Source: Pristiophorus japonicus (lineage: Eukaryota). Taken from it: 64,000 nucleotides of DNA. The stretch covers positions 146,320,001 to 146,384,000 of the forward strand of contig NC_091984.1 of assembly GCF_044704955.1 (NCBI RefSeq), given 5' to 3'. Under the pieces are notes generated by a model that ran no database searches, was not told where the DNA came from, and worked only from the letters and a program-made list of their open reading frames with translations. This document shows, one piece after another, positions 25,101-38,040 of this stretch (positions are counted from its first letter, which is position 1; every line of letters begins with the position of its first letter). A program made the translations under genes and the position numbers.

Positions 25101-28100
25101 GACTGAGCAGAAATAAACTTAAAACTATTAAAAAAACAAATAATAGCCTGGCCTACATCAGTTAGGCCATAATTTGTGGATTCGTTCACCCCACTGAGGG
25201 CGAACACCGTCGATGGGCCATTAATGGTCTTAAGTTTTCAGCTCAGTCAGCTGTGGCTCAATGGGCAGCACACTCACCTCTGAGTCCAAAAGTTGTAGGT
25301 TCAAGTCCCACTCCAGAGACTAAGCTCCGAAATCTAGACTGACAGTCCCAGTGCAGTACTGAGGTAGTGACGCACTGTTGGAGGAGCTGTCTTTCAGGTG
25401 AGAGATTAAACCGAGGCCTCGCCTGCCCTCTCAGGTGGGTGTTAATGATCCCATGCCACTACTTTGAAGAAGGGTCGGGGAGTTCTGCCTGGTGTCCTGG
25501 CCAATATTTATCCCTCAATCAACATCACAAAATCAGACTGGGGATGAAATTGCCCCGCTGTGCACCTACCATTAGTGCCTCCAGGGGCCACTAAGGAGAT
25601 GTGACAGTGTTTTCCCCGGGGAGGTGGGGACAGCTACCAGCTCCCGTGGGATTTTGCAGAAACACGCAACGGAGAACGTCCCATGAGCCGTGTCTGTGCC
25701 AGTCCTGAGGGTCACGAACCGGTCCGCACTTCGCTGGCGAGGTGAAGCTTACTGCGATGTGCGCGTCGCCATTTGATTTTGCCGAATTACCGGTCGGGCC
25801 TTTCTGTGCCAATGTGGCGGGGTCGGTGCTGCGATGGTGCAGCCCAACACTCGCCCCCTCGAGCCCACTCCCAGGGGAAGTGCAGTGCACCACATTGCGC
25901 TCCACTTCCTGTCAGGGGCCGTGACCTCAATTTCGCTTCCGGGGCAGGACTTCAGCGTGGGAAAAGTTACTGCACCATCCGGGGCAATATGCAATTTGGG
26001 CACATTATTTGGTCATAGTCACATGTGGGAGCTTGCTATGCACAAACTGTCTGTCGTGTCTCCTCCATTACCGCAGTGACTACACTTCAAAAATACTTCA
26101 TTGGCTGTAAAGCGCTTTGGGACGTCCTGAGGTGGTGAAAGGCGCTATTTAAATGCAAGTCTTTCTTACCAATTCAGCTCAACATCTTTGAAACCCAAAC
26201 CCGCGGACAGTGACGGACAGGTAAAGACCCTGTGGTCCATCCAGCCCGTCCCACACAATTGTGATACCTTGAGTATCACAGTATAGACTCTCCACCCCAC
26301 CCAAAACTACCTGATCTCCTGGGAGAGGCGAAAAACCAGGGAAAAAACCCATTGGGGGAAATAAATCTGGGAAACTCCTCTCCGACCCCCGCCCCCGCCA
26401 CCAGGCGATGGAAACTAGTCCAGGAGGTCACTGTGGCCCTGAATTCCCTGCAGTAACTACCTTCTGTAAGTGGTGATCTACGCACCGGCCACAAACAGGT
26501 CCTGCTCTCGCTTATGTACACCTCATGGATTTAAAATTACAAGCTTTCCCCACAGTGTCAAGTGCTGCAAATACTGTGTTACATTATCAGGGTTATATTC
26601 TCACTGTCTGTCTTTGTAACAACACTCGCTATATAAATGCAAGTTGTTGTTGTGTTCAGGGGCCGCTGTATCTGGCTCAGGCTTCTTATCCATCCCCCCT
26701 TCCCTTCCCCTCCATTGGGGGCCGTGCCTTCAGCTGCCTGGGCCCTAACTCCCTGCTCCCTAAACCTCTCTGCCACTCCACCCCTCTCCTCTTTTAAGAT
26801 CTCCCTTCAAACCCAATCTGTGACTCTCCCTCCCAGCCCCTCCCCCTTTGGCTCAGCACCGCTTTGACCAGATTACGCCTCTGTCAGCTGCCTCGGGATG
26901 TTGTTCTAATGCTCCAGTTGTACAGCAAATCAGGTTGTTGCTGCTGAACCTGGTGGCAGAGCGTCTCTGTGTAGATATACCCCGTGCACCGAGCTCCGCG
27001 GTGAGGCCTCCCACAGTGGAATGGCCTGCCGATGCTCGCTGCAGTGCGGAGTGGCTACTGACCTGCCAATCGGTCTGAGACACCGCCTCACGAGCGGACA
27101 AGGAGATACACGCTGAAATCCATCATCAAATGACACGTGGGGAACTGGAAATTATTCTGCAAACCTGACTGGAGGTTTTGTACAAACAGGTTTTACAAAC
27201 CAATCAATTGAGTGACACAGAAATTGTCCATAAATTTGGTCTTTTCAGAATCAACATCGCCCCCTTTTGGTATGAAGACAGCACTGACAATTTCCCTCAC
27301 AATTTGACTGAGCTGCAATTTTCAATGTCTCCTTACGTGGCTCGCTGTCAATCTTTATTCTATAACGCTCCTGTGAAGTGCTCGGGGAGTTTTCCTGTGT
27401 TAAAGGTGCTGTATAAAAATTGCTGTTGTTGTTTGTTCTAAGTTAGCTGTTCCAACTGAGGTCGGGATATGACTCACAGCTCAGACTGTGCGGCATCCAG
27501 TGATGCAATGTTGTATCGTGGGTTCAAGCCCCACTCCAGGGACCTGAGCGTAAAATAAAGACATATACCACTGTGCAGTCCTGAGGGAGTGCTGCACTGT
27601 CAGAGGGGCAGTACTGAGGGAGTGCCGCACTGTCAGAGGGGCAGTACTGAGGGAGTGCCGCACTGTCGGAGGGGTGGTACTGAGGGCGTGCCGCACTGTC
27701 GGAGGGTGTGCGTGTGTGCATTGGGAAATTTCAGTCCTAGTCACACAGCAATTGTTGGCAACGGTCTCTGATGAAGTCCATGTAGCCCCTGTTGGGTTCC
27801 CCTGGATTATTCTCAGTTACTGAGGAAGTCTCGGCAGATCCAATATATGGGAATACCGATCGCAGTGTTGACCGACTGGACCTGGTGACCTGCAGCAACA
27901 CCTGGACCCTCCGATTCCCCCCTTGGCCAAGTTTCCCAGCACACTGAGCGCTTCAGTCCTCACTTTATCTCACGGCATCTCAGAGCGGTTGAATCGTTGC
28001 ATGGGATTTGTCTGCAAACAGTTGGATGGTGTCTGCTCTCAACTGGATTATGTTCTTACAGAGGCTCGACAGCGCCTCCTTCTGGTTCTCCTTGTTCCCC

Positions 28101-31100
28101 CACAACAACAACAAAAACAACAACAACAACTTGTATTTATATAGCGCCTTTAATGGAGTGAAACATCCCAAGGTGCTTCACAGGAGTACTATGGGATACA
28201 AATTTGACACCTAGCCGCATAAGTAGAAATTAGTGCTGGTCAAACAGGTCGGTTTTAAGGGGCGTCTTGAAGGAGGAAAGAGAGGTAGAGAGGCAGAGAG
28301 GTTTAGGGAGGGAGTTCCAGAGCTTGGGGCTCAAGCAACAGAAGGCACGGCCACCAATGGTTGAGCGATTATAATCAGGGATGCTCAGGAGGGCAGAATT
28401 AGAGGAGGCAGACATCTTGGTTGGTTGTGGGGCTGGAGGAGATTACAGAGATAGGGAGGGGTGAGGCCATGGAGGGATTTGAAAATAAGGATGAGAATTT
28501 TGAAATCAAAGGCGTTGCTTAACCGGGAGCCAATGTAGGTCAGCGAGCACAGGGGTGATGGGTGAACAGGACTTGGTGCGAGTTAGGACACAGGCAGCTG
28601 AGTTTTGGATCACCTCTAGTTTACGTAGAGTAGAATGTGGGAGACCAGCCAGGATTGCATTGGAATAGTCGAATCTAGAGGTAACAAAGCATGGATGAGG
28701 GTTTCAGCAGCGGATGAGCTGAGGCAAATGCGGGGACACGTGATGTTGTGGAGATGGAAATAGATGGTCTTAGTTATGCTGCGGATGTGTGGTCGAAAGC
28801 TCAGACTAATCAACGTGACCGTCACTTTATGAGACCAGTAATGGGCTCCAATTGTAATGTTGCCCAGGCCCATGACACACAGAAACTGGACAAGTGTAGA
28901 GCAAACACCCCAACAATCTGCTCACCAGCGTGTCTGTGAGCTGCAGCTGTGAAACCCGTGGAGATTTGAACAGCTCTCCGAAGGAGGAAGCCACGGTGAT
29001 TGGCTGACAGTCTGGGACGGTAAGGATCGGAGCTGCCTGCCCTTCCACAATGCCCGGCAGGCTGAGGCCAGTGTATTTCACCATTGCTCTGACCGGCAGG
29101 ACAGCCTCCTTGTCGGACTTGCCCAGGTCCATCATCTGGTCCCATCCCCCACTTTTCACCGTGTCCTTACCGACTGTTTTATTATTGGTCGGAGCCAGTG
29201 GGTCCTTTAGTGCCCCACACAGTCCATGCCCATCTCTGCTTCTCCATGTTTCACACCCAGCTGAGAAATCTCTCTGGTTGGATTTGCTGTGGGGAGCAGT
29301 ACCATTGAGCAGAGAAACATTAACACAGGGGTTGAGATGAATGAGCAGGGCGCAGAATAACACAGGAATAATGTAGTCACTGCCTCTGCCAACTCGGGCT
29401 TAGTGTTCAGACAGCAGCCAGGGATCGAAGGGTTAAATAGATCGAAGCTCTCTCCTCGTTGCTCTCTCAGGCACAAATGCACAGTCGTAGCACTTTGCTG
29501 TGATTGGTCCACCCCTGCGGTTTCTGTGTTGCCATGGTTTCCATTGTGAGGCCAGGGGACATGTGCCCTCAGTGGTGATGTGTCCCGCGGGGGTCATGTG
29601 CCCATATAAGTCCTGCCCGCTGTGTGTATCAGTTTAAGGTGAGTGTTGGGGATGAATGCCCAGACCTGAGATACAGGCGAGACGGACAAGGCAACATTCA
29701 CATCCCTGGGCAGCCATGTTGGATTGAGCAGCTGTTTCTTCCTAATAGACAACCCTCCACACCACAGACTCTCAAAGTCCTTGTGGCAAAAGGTGTAGAA
29801 ATGGGAGTGTCCCACAGACATTTCCAACAGCATTGACCCAAATTGGGATTTTCATGTGTCGGGGATTGAAACTGTTTAATGACGTCATGAGGAAGTGGTT
29901 GTGACATCAGAGCATTTTGTTGTGACATCAGAGCGGGCCATTGTGACATGTGTTCCAGTCTTCACCCCTTAAAATGGCCATCTATTGCCGACCAGCCCAG
30001 GTTTCTCCCCCACATATCCTCCCTGCTTTCCTCCTTCGGCCTCGAGAGAGAAAGCTCAGATCACACACAGATCGGGAGAACTTTATCCAGGAACATTGCG
30101 GCACACTTGTATAAACACACTTCAGCAAGGCTTCATGTTGGGTGTCGGTGTAGAAGCTTCTAGATTGCATTTAAAAGCTTGCTGCTCAGCACGGGGGTGA
30201 GGTCAAGGGTGAGGCTACAATTAGCCTCAGTGTACCGGGGTCAGGCAGGGTCACTGCTCCCAATGATCCCGTGACCTCCTGGAAGGTCAGAGTGCGTGGA
30301 CAATGGGCGAGGGTCAGGATCAGGGACCTCTCACTTCAATGAAAGAAAGCCTTGAATTTATATAGCGCCTTTCACAACCTCAGGACATCCCAAGGTGCTT
30401 TACAACCAATTGCACACAGGAAGGTTTACGAGGATGTTGCGAAGACTGGAAAATTTTAGCTATGAGGAAAGATTGGATAGGCTGGGTTTGTTTTCTTTGG
30501 CACAGAGGAGGCTGAGGGGAGATTTAATTGAGGTGTATAAAATTATAAAGGGCCTAGATAGAGTGGATTGGATGGACCTATTTTCCTCAGCAGACTGGTC
30601 AACAACCAGGGCATAGATTTAAAGTAATTGGTGGGAGGTTTGGAGGGGATTTGAGGGGAAATGTCTTCACCCAGAGGGTGGTGGGGGTCTGGAACTCACT
30701 GCCTAAAAGGGTGGTAGAGGCAGAAACCCTTAGCACATTTAAGAAGTACTTGGATGTACACTTGAAATGCCGTAACCCACAGGGCTACGGACCCAGAGCT
30801 GGAAAGTGGGATTAGGCTGGATAGATCTTTGTCCGCCGGCGTGGACACGATGGGACAAATGGCCTCCTTTCATGCTGTAAATTTCTCTGATTCTACGAAG
30901 CTCCAGACTGCAATGAGATCATGACCAGATCATCGGTTTTAACTATGTTAGTTGTGGGATAAATATTGGCCAGGACACTGGAAAGAATCCCCTTGTCCTT
31001 CCAATCATGATTATATGAGCTTTCATGCCCACCTGAGTTAAATTTAGCGTAGTTATGTAAAAGGACAAAGATAGAGCAGGAATAAAGGTTCTCAATTGCA

Positions 31101-33269
31101 GAAAGGCCCATTTTACTAAACTGAGAGGTGATTTAGCAAAAGTGGGCTGGAAACAGCTACTTGAAGGTAAATCAGTGTCAGAGCAGTGGGAGGTATTCAA
31201 GGGGGAGATAGTTAGGGTTCAGAGCAAGTATGTTCCCACAAAGGAAAAGGGTGGCACTCCCAAATCTAGAGCCCCCTGGATGGCAAAGGGCATACAGGGT
31301 AGGATAAGGCAAAAAAGGGAAGCTTGTGTCAGATACCCAGAGCTAAATACTGCAGAAAGCCCAGAGGCATATAGGAAGTGCAGGGGTGAAATTAAAAAGG
31401 AAACTAGGAATACAAAGAAAGGGCATGAAAAAATATTGGCAAGTAAAATCAAGGAAAACCCAAAGATGCTTTGTAAATACATAAAGAGCAAGAGGATAAC
31501 TAAGGAAAGAGTTGGGCCGATTGGAGACCAAAAAGGTAACCTGTGTGTGGAGGTGGAAGATGTGGGTATGGTTGTAAGTGAATACTTTGCATCTGTCTTC
31601 ACAGAACAGAGGCACGATGCAAGCATTGTAATTAAGGAGAAGTATGAAATATTAGATGTGATAAACATAGTGAGAGAGGAAGCATTAAGGGATTTAGCTT
31701 CTTGGAAAGTGGATAAATCTCCAGGCCCAGTTGAAATATATCCCAAGCTTTTAAGAGAAGCAAGGGAGGAAATAGCGGAGGTTCTGACCATCATTTTCCA
31801 ATCATCCCCGGCTACAGGTGTAGTGTTGGAGGACTGGAGGACTGCTAACGTGTACCTTTGTTTAAAAAGTGAGAAAGGGATAGACCGAGTAATTACAGGC
31901 CAGTCAGCCTAACCTCAGTGGTGGGAAAATTATTGGAAACAAATCTGAGGGAGAGGATAAATTGTCATATAGAAAGGGACGGATTAATCAAGGACAGTCA
32001 GCATGGATTTGTTAGTGGAAGGTTGCGCCTGACTAACTTGATGAATTTTTTGCGGAGATAACAAGGAGGGTCGATGAATGTTGCACCTTTGATGTTGTCT
32101 ACATGGATTTTTGCAAGGCATTTGGTAAAGTCTCACATGGCAGAAAAGTTAAAAGCCCAGGGATCCAAGGGAAAGTGGCAAGTGGGATCCAAAATTGGCT
32201 GAGTGGCAGTCTCCCACTCTGTCTCCGTCTCTCGCTCTCCCTTCCCCACAGACTCCCAGGTGTAGCACACTGAAATGCAGAGTAAACCTCCCTGTGCCCT
32301 GCCCCACCAATGGATGTTAATCCTTGACCCCAGAGCATGCCTTCTCCTGGAGTAAGGCCCCATTCCCACAGTGGCCATCCCTTTGCCTCTCTCAATACAC
32401 TGGCTGTTTATTGCCCAATTAAGGGCCGTTCTGTGCTGTGGGCCTATTCTCAGTGGGGACCGGTTTGGACAGAAAGCTCATTTCATGAAGGCTCAACAGA
32501 GGGAGGAGATCCTCACCCCATCAGTGTGAGCTGGAGTGACAGGACAGGGTCTGACCCACTGCCCCATCCTGTCTGCTCAGAACATCTTCGAATCCCTTCC
32601 CCTCTCCTTCCCCTTCCATGGCCCGGCTCCAGGTCAGGGTGTGCCAATGATCCAAAATTTGCACCAGGAAGGGTCCGCACTCCACGTCGACCATGGACTC
32701 CATATCCCACTGGTCCTCCAATCGAGCCCAGACAACATATTTCCTTCCTATTGGTTCGCCAGTAGGGACCAGGAAACATGGCTCCTTCCTATTGGTCCCG
32801 CAATAGGGACCAGGCAACATTGCTCCTTCCTATTGGACCACACTGACCTACTGCCCCTGACATCCCTGCCCTCAGAGTCTGTGCTGAGGGTGAGGTGCCC
32901 TGCGGTCAGTTATCCTGTTGGCAAGCATCTTGAGAATGTTGGCACGTTAAAGGCACCAGATCAATGCAGACTGTGTGTGGATTTCGGGTGTTGATAGTGC
33001 TGGACACAGTGGTGAGGCAGTCGGATATCCTGCTGAGAGAGTCCAGGCTTACACACGTGGAATGGGGAAGTGGGTGAGGTTGGAACGTGCTGTCAGGGCC
33101 CATGGAACTGGACCCCAGCATGAAGCCTTCCTCAGGAGAGGAGAGGGAATGTTCAGAGTCCTGGGCTCCATGTTCCACACCAGGCATTTCCTGTCCCAGT
33201 GAATGAATGAGATGCCAATTTTGTGCCCAGGTTAGGGGCAGTCTAGTGCTGTGGAAAACTAGATTTAAG

Positions 33270-35640
33270 TAATGCCCCTCTTTAGAAAAGGAGGCAGTCA
33301 AAAAGCAGGAAACTCTAGACCAGTTAGGCTAACATCTGTAGTTGGGAAAATGTTGGAGTCCATTGTTAAAGAAGCAGTGGCAGGAGATTTGGGAAAGCAT
33401 AATTCAGTCAGGCAGAGTCAGCATGGATTTATGAAGGGGAAGTCATGCTTGACAAATTTGTTGGAATTCTTTGAGGTTGTAAAGAACAGGGTGGATAAAG
33501 GGGAACCAGTGGGTGTGGTGTATTTGGACTTCCAGAAGGCATTTGACAAGGTGCCACATAAAAGGTTACTGCGCAACATAAAAGTTCATGGGATTGGGGG
33601 TAATATATTAGTATGGTTAGAGGATTGGCTAACTAACAGAAAACAGAGAGTCGGGATAAATGGTTCATTCTCAGGTTGGCAATCAGGAACTAGTGAGGTG
33701 CCATAGGGATCAGTGCTGGGACCTCAATATTTACAATCTATATTAACGACTTGGATGAAGGGACTGAGTGTAATGTTGCCAAATTTGCTGATGATACAAA
33801 GATGGGAGGAAAAGCAATGTGTGAGGAGCACACACAAAATCTGCAAAAAGACATCGACAAGCTAAGTGAGTGGGCAAATATTTGGTAGGTGGTGTATAAT
33901 GTTGGAAAGTGTGAGGTTATGCCCTTTGCCACAAATAATCATTGAGCAAGTTATTATTTAAATGGAAACAAATTACCAAGTGCTTCAGTACAGCAGGACC
34001 TGGGGGTCCTGGTGCATGAAGAACAACAGGATAGTATGCAGATACAGCAATTGATCAGGAAAACAAATTGAATCTTGGCCTTTATTGCAAAGGGGATGGA
34101 GTATAAAAGCAGGGAAGTCTTGATACAATTATACAGGGTATTGGTGAGGCCACACCTGGAAAACTGCATACAGTTATGCTTTCCATATTTACGAAAGGAT
34201 AAACTTTCAAGCAGTTCAGAGAAGGTTCATAGAAACATACAAACAAAGAAAATAGGTGCTGGAGTAGGCCATTTGGCCCTTCGAGCCTGCACCACCATTC
34301 AATATGATCATGGCTGATCATGCAACTTCAGTACCCCATTCCTGCTTTCTCTCTATACCCCTTGACCCTTGATCCCTTTAGCCATAAGGGCCATATCTAA
34401 CTCCCTTTTGAATATATCTAACAAAGTAGCCTCAACAACTTTCTGTGGCAGAAAATTCCACATGCTCACAACTCTCTGACTGAAGAATTTTCTCCTCAAC
34501 TCGGTTCTAAATGGCTTACCCCTTATCCTCAGACTGTGATCCCTGGTCTGGACTTCCCCAACATCGCAAACATTCTTCCTGCATCTAATCTGTCCAATCC
34601 CGGCAGAATTTTACATGCTTCGATGAGATCCCCACTCATTCTCCTAAATTTAATTGAATATAAGCCTAGTCGATCCAGTCTTTCTTCATTTGTCATTCCT
34701 GTCATCCCGGGAATCAGTCTGGTGAACCTTCGCTGCACTCACTCAATAGCAAGAACGTCCTTTAGGAGACCAAAACTGTACACAATATTCAAGGTGTGGC
34801 CTCATCAAGGCCCTGTACAACTGTAGTAAGACTTCCCTGCTCCTATACTCAAATCCTCTCGCTATGAAGGCCAACATGCCATTTGCCTTCTTCACCACCT
34901 GCTGTACCAGATGTGTCATTGAGCAAGAGGCGCTTCAGGTGCCTGGACAGGTATGGAGGCGCACTTCACCACTCACCAGCGAGGATGTACAGGATAATCG
35001 TGGTGTGCTGCATTGTGAAAAACATAGCACAGCAATGAGGACTATTTGTGCAGGAGGAACCAGTAGCTCAGCACTCCTCATCTGATCTGCATTCCAATGA
35101 AGTGGAGGAGGACAAGGAGCAGGAAGAGAAAGAAGAAGCCACCAAAGTCACCACTGGGGTGATTCCGGGGATGAGGGGATTGACTTTTGAGGAAGGTTGA
35201 GTCAGTTGTGCCCTTGCTCATTGGAATTTAGAAGAATGAGAGGTGATCTTATCGCAACGTATAAGGTTATGAGGGGGCTCGACAAGGTGGTTGCAGAGAG
35301 GATGTTTCCACTGATAGGAGAGACTAGAACGAGGGGGCATGATCTTAGAATAAGGGACCACTCATTTAAAACTGAGATGAGGAGGAATTTTTCCTCTCAG
35401 AGGGTTGTGAATCTGTGGAATTCGCTGCCTCAGAGACCTGTGGAAGCTGGGTCATTGAATAAATTTAAGACAGCGAGCGACAGTTTCTTAACCGATAAGG
35501 GAATAAGGGGTTATGGGGAGCGGGCACGGAAGTGGAGCTGAGTCCATGATCGGATCACCCATGATCTCATTAAATGGTAGAGCAGGCTCGAGGGGCCATA
35601 TGGTCTCCTCCTGCTCCTATTTCTTATGTTCAATATGTTC
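33270..35640 (+). mobile_element. CR1 LINE ORF2 fragment with nested minus-strand CR1 (about 34230-34905)
   Basis: ORFs 33272-33706, 34075-34317, 35197-35541; 34529-34738 on minus strand. Confidence 0.85.
34905..35140 (+). mobile_element. PIF/Harbinger (HARBI1-like) transposase C-terminal fragment
   Basis: TRCVIEQ / [34 protein letters not shown] followed by an acidic tract; matches the Harbinger RFRCLD..GG.L..SP....I...C..L.N motif. Confidence 0.7.
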
Positions 35641-37245
35641 TTAAAGTGAGGAGGAGTGGGACTAAATGGGTAATTCTTTCAAAGAGCCGGCACAGGCATG
35701 ATGGGCCGAATGGCCTCCTTCTGTGTTGTAAGATTCTAGGCTGTGAACGCGGTTCACAGTTTTCTCCCGTGTCATTAACAAACGTACAGCTGTGACAACC
35801 TCCCTCTTTCACTTCCTCTGTGGGTGAAGTTTCATTCTTCCGATCTGACAGTCTCTTCAGTTATTTTTTGCACGGGGGATTTCTGCTGCGGTCTGAGTCT
35901 CTAATAATAACCGTCCAATCAGGCAGAATAACAGCAGCTCGGACCGGCTCGGACAGCGGACCCAGGCTCAGTACTGACCCTGCAACGTCCTCCTCACCAA
36001 CATCTGGGGACTTGTGTCAAAAGTGGGAGAGCTGCCCCACAGACTAGTCAAGCACCAGCCTGACATTGTCCTACTCACAGAATCAGATCTTTCAGCCAAT
36101 GTCCCACAGCCCACCCCTCACACCGCACCCCCCCACCCCCCGAATCCCGTGAAAAATAAACAGGAACTCTTTTGAAGAAGAGTCTGTTCTGAGATTCTGG
36201 GTGTGAGAGATTCTGTGCTGAGAAAACAATCACTATCACTACAGAAAAAGTACTTGGTAAAATGATGGAACTAAAGGTGGACAAATCCCCTGGACCTGAT
36301 GGCCTGCATCGTATGGTCTTAAATGAAGTTGCTGCAGAGATAGTGGATGCATTGGTTGCAATCTACCAAAGTTCCCTGGATTCTGGAAAGGTCCTAGCGG
36401 ATTGGAAAACTGCAAATATAACGCCCCTATTTAAAAAAGGAGGGAGACAGAAAGCAGCAAACTATAGACCAGTTAGCCCAACATCTGTGGTTGGGAAAAT
36501 GCTGGAGTCCATTATTAAGGAAGCAGTAGCAGGACATTTGGAAAAGCATCATTCAATCAAGCAGAGTTAGCATGGTTTTATGAAGGGAAAGTCATGTTTG
36601 ACCAATTTGCTGGAGTTCTTTAAGGATGTAACGAGCAGGGTGGAAAAGGGGGAACCAATGGTTGTGATGCATTTGGATTTCCAGAAAGCATTCAATAAGC
36701 TAACACAAAAGATTACTGCGCAAGATAAGTTGGCCCCTCGAGCCTGCTCCGCCATTAAATAAGATCATGACTGATCTGATCATGGAGTCAGCTCTACTTC
36801 CCTGCCCGCTCTCCATAACCCTATATTCCCTTATCGCTCAAAAATCTGTCGATCTCCGCCTTAAATATATTCAATGACCCAGCCTTCACAGCTCCCTGGG
36901 GCAGAGAATTCCATAGATTTACAACCATCTGAGAGAAGAAATTCCTCCTCATCTCAGTTTTAAATGGGCGGCCCCTTATTCTGAGACTATGCCCCCTAGT
37001 TTTAGTTTCCCCTATGAGTGGAAATATTCTCTCTGCATCCACCTTGCCGAGCCCCCTCATTATCTTGTATCTTTCAATAAGATCACCTTTCATTCTTCTG
37101 AACTCCAATGAGTATAGGCCCAACCTACTCAACCTATCTTCATACGTCAACTTCTCATCCCTAATTGCCCTTGAGAAGATGATGGCGAGCCGCCTTCTTG
37201 ATCCGCTGCAGTCCCAAAGTGCTGTTATTGAGGGGTATCACTCAA

Positions 37246-37604
37246 GTGTGTGGGTTTATCACTCCATTGGAGGCACTGAGGCTGATGAACACCGTAAACC
37301 AGAGGCAATCGTATTGGAGGGCAACTATTAGAAAAGGAAGATTGAGGTTGTAATTAAAGAATATCATAAATGGAGGAACTATTTTAAAAAGAGATCACAC
37401 AAGAATAGAGATGATGATTTGTCCAGCCTGGAAAACGAGGATATCATTGCAAAGAGTGTGGAAAAATGGTCAAGTCAAATATAACAAGATTCAGTCCCCA
37501 TGGAGGAGGGGGACACAATTCTCTGCGACTTAGAATACCTTCTCTCCGATATCTCGGATACGCCGTTCATCATGACGCAGCAGACAAAGCCATGGCCAAA
37601 TGCA
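37246..37604 (+). pseudogene. MLXIPL: Processed pseudogene fragment of ChREBP (Mondo family), N-terminal glucose-sensing region
   Basis: VCGFITPL/fs/GTEADEHRKPEAIVLEGNY*KRKIEVVIKEYHKWRNYFKKR...LLSDISDTPFIMTQ; one frameshift, two stops, no introns. Confidence 0.88.
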
Positions 37605-37689
37605 GGCTGGGGCCATTAGAGGGAGCAGCACCTGCTGATGCACTGTGGGCAGGTACAGCAGGAATGGCAATGTCAGGACGAAGGAGCGG

Positions 37690-38040
37690 CAATAGTTTGT
37701 AGAATGATGTGATCGGTGCCCAGGAGAGGCGAGGGCCCGGGGACAGCACGGGCCAGCCCACATTGTTATATGTGTGCGCACTAGGTCCATGCAGCAGAGC
37801 TGGTCTCTGGTCGTCTTGGTTAATCCTTGCCACTAGACCAAGACCTAGCTCTTTCAAGCCCGTGTAGTGGCTGATGTGCAACGGCCACCACACGTTAAAA
37901 AAAGTCCCTGCACAGACATCTTCCACCCTTCAGGATGTAGTTTGGGATCCGGAATAGCAATGAAATACCTGTGAACTCATCCCTTTTCGGCGTGGAAGCA
38001 AGTCATCCTCATTTCGAGGGACTGCCTATGATGATGATGA
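37690..38040 (+). mobile_element. RTE-tailed non-autonomous retroposon (second, longer copy at about 58480-59150)
   Basis: Shared CAGCACGGGCCAGCCCACA...GGAAGCAAGTCATCCTC...(ATG)n tail like the RTE 3' end. Confidence 0.65.

Larger units (their letters stand above)
30048..36106 (-). pseudogene. Inverted relic Ig light-chain cluster without exons: 30048-32207 matches J-C intron 8911 to 6322; 32208-36106 matches V-upstream DNA 62090 to 55041
   Basis: Reverse-complement homology; shared private LINE lesions (WRTANVYLCLKSEKGIDRVITGQSA in ORFs 6620 and 31142); paired ORFs 35820/54902, 35630/55335, 32975/55603, 32521/61486. Confidence 0.88.

Noticed and set aside
27572-27707. 33-bp tandem repeat
   Set aside because: Internal slippage duplication of a SINE body segment
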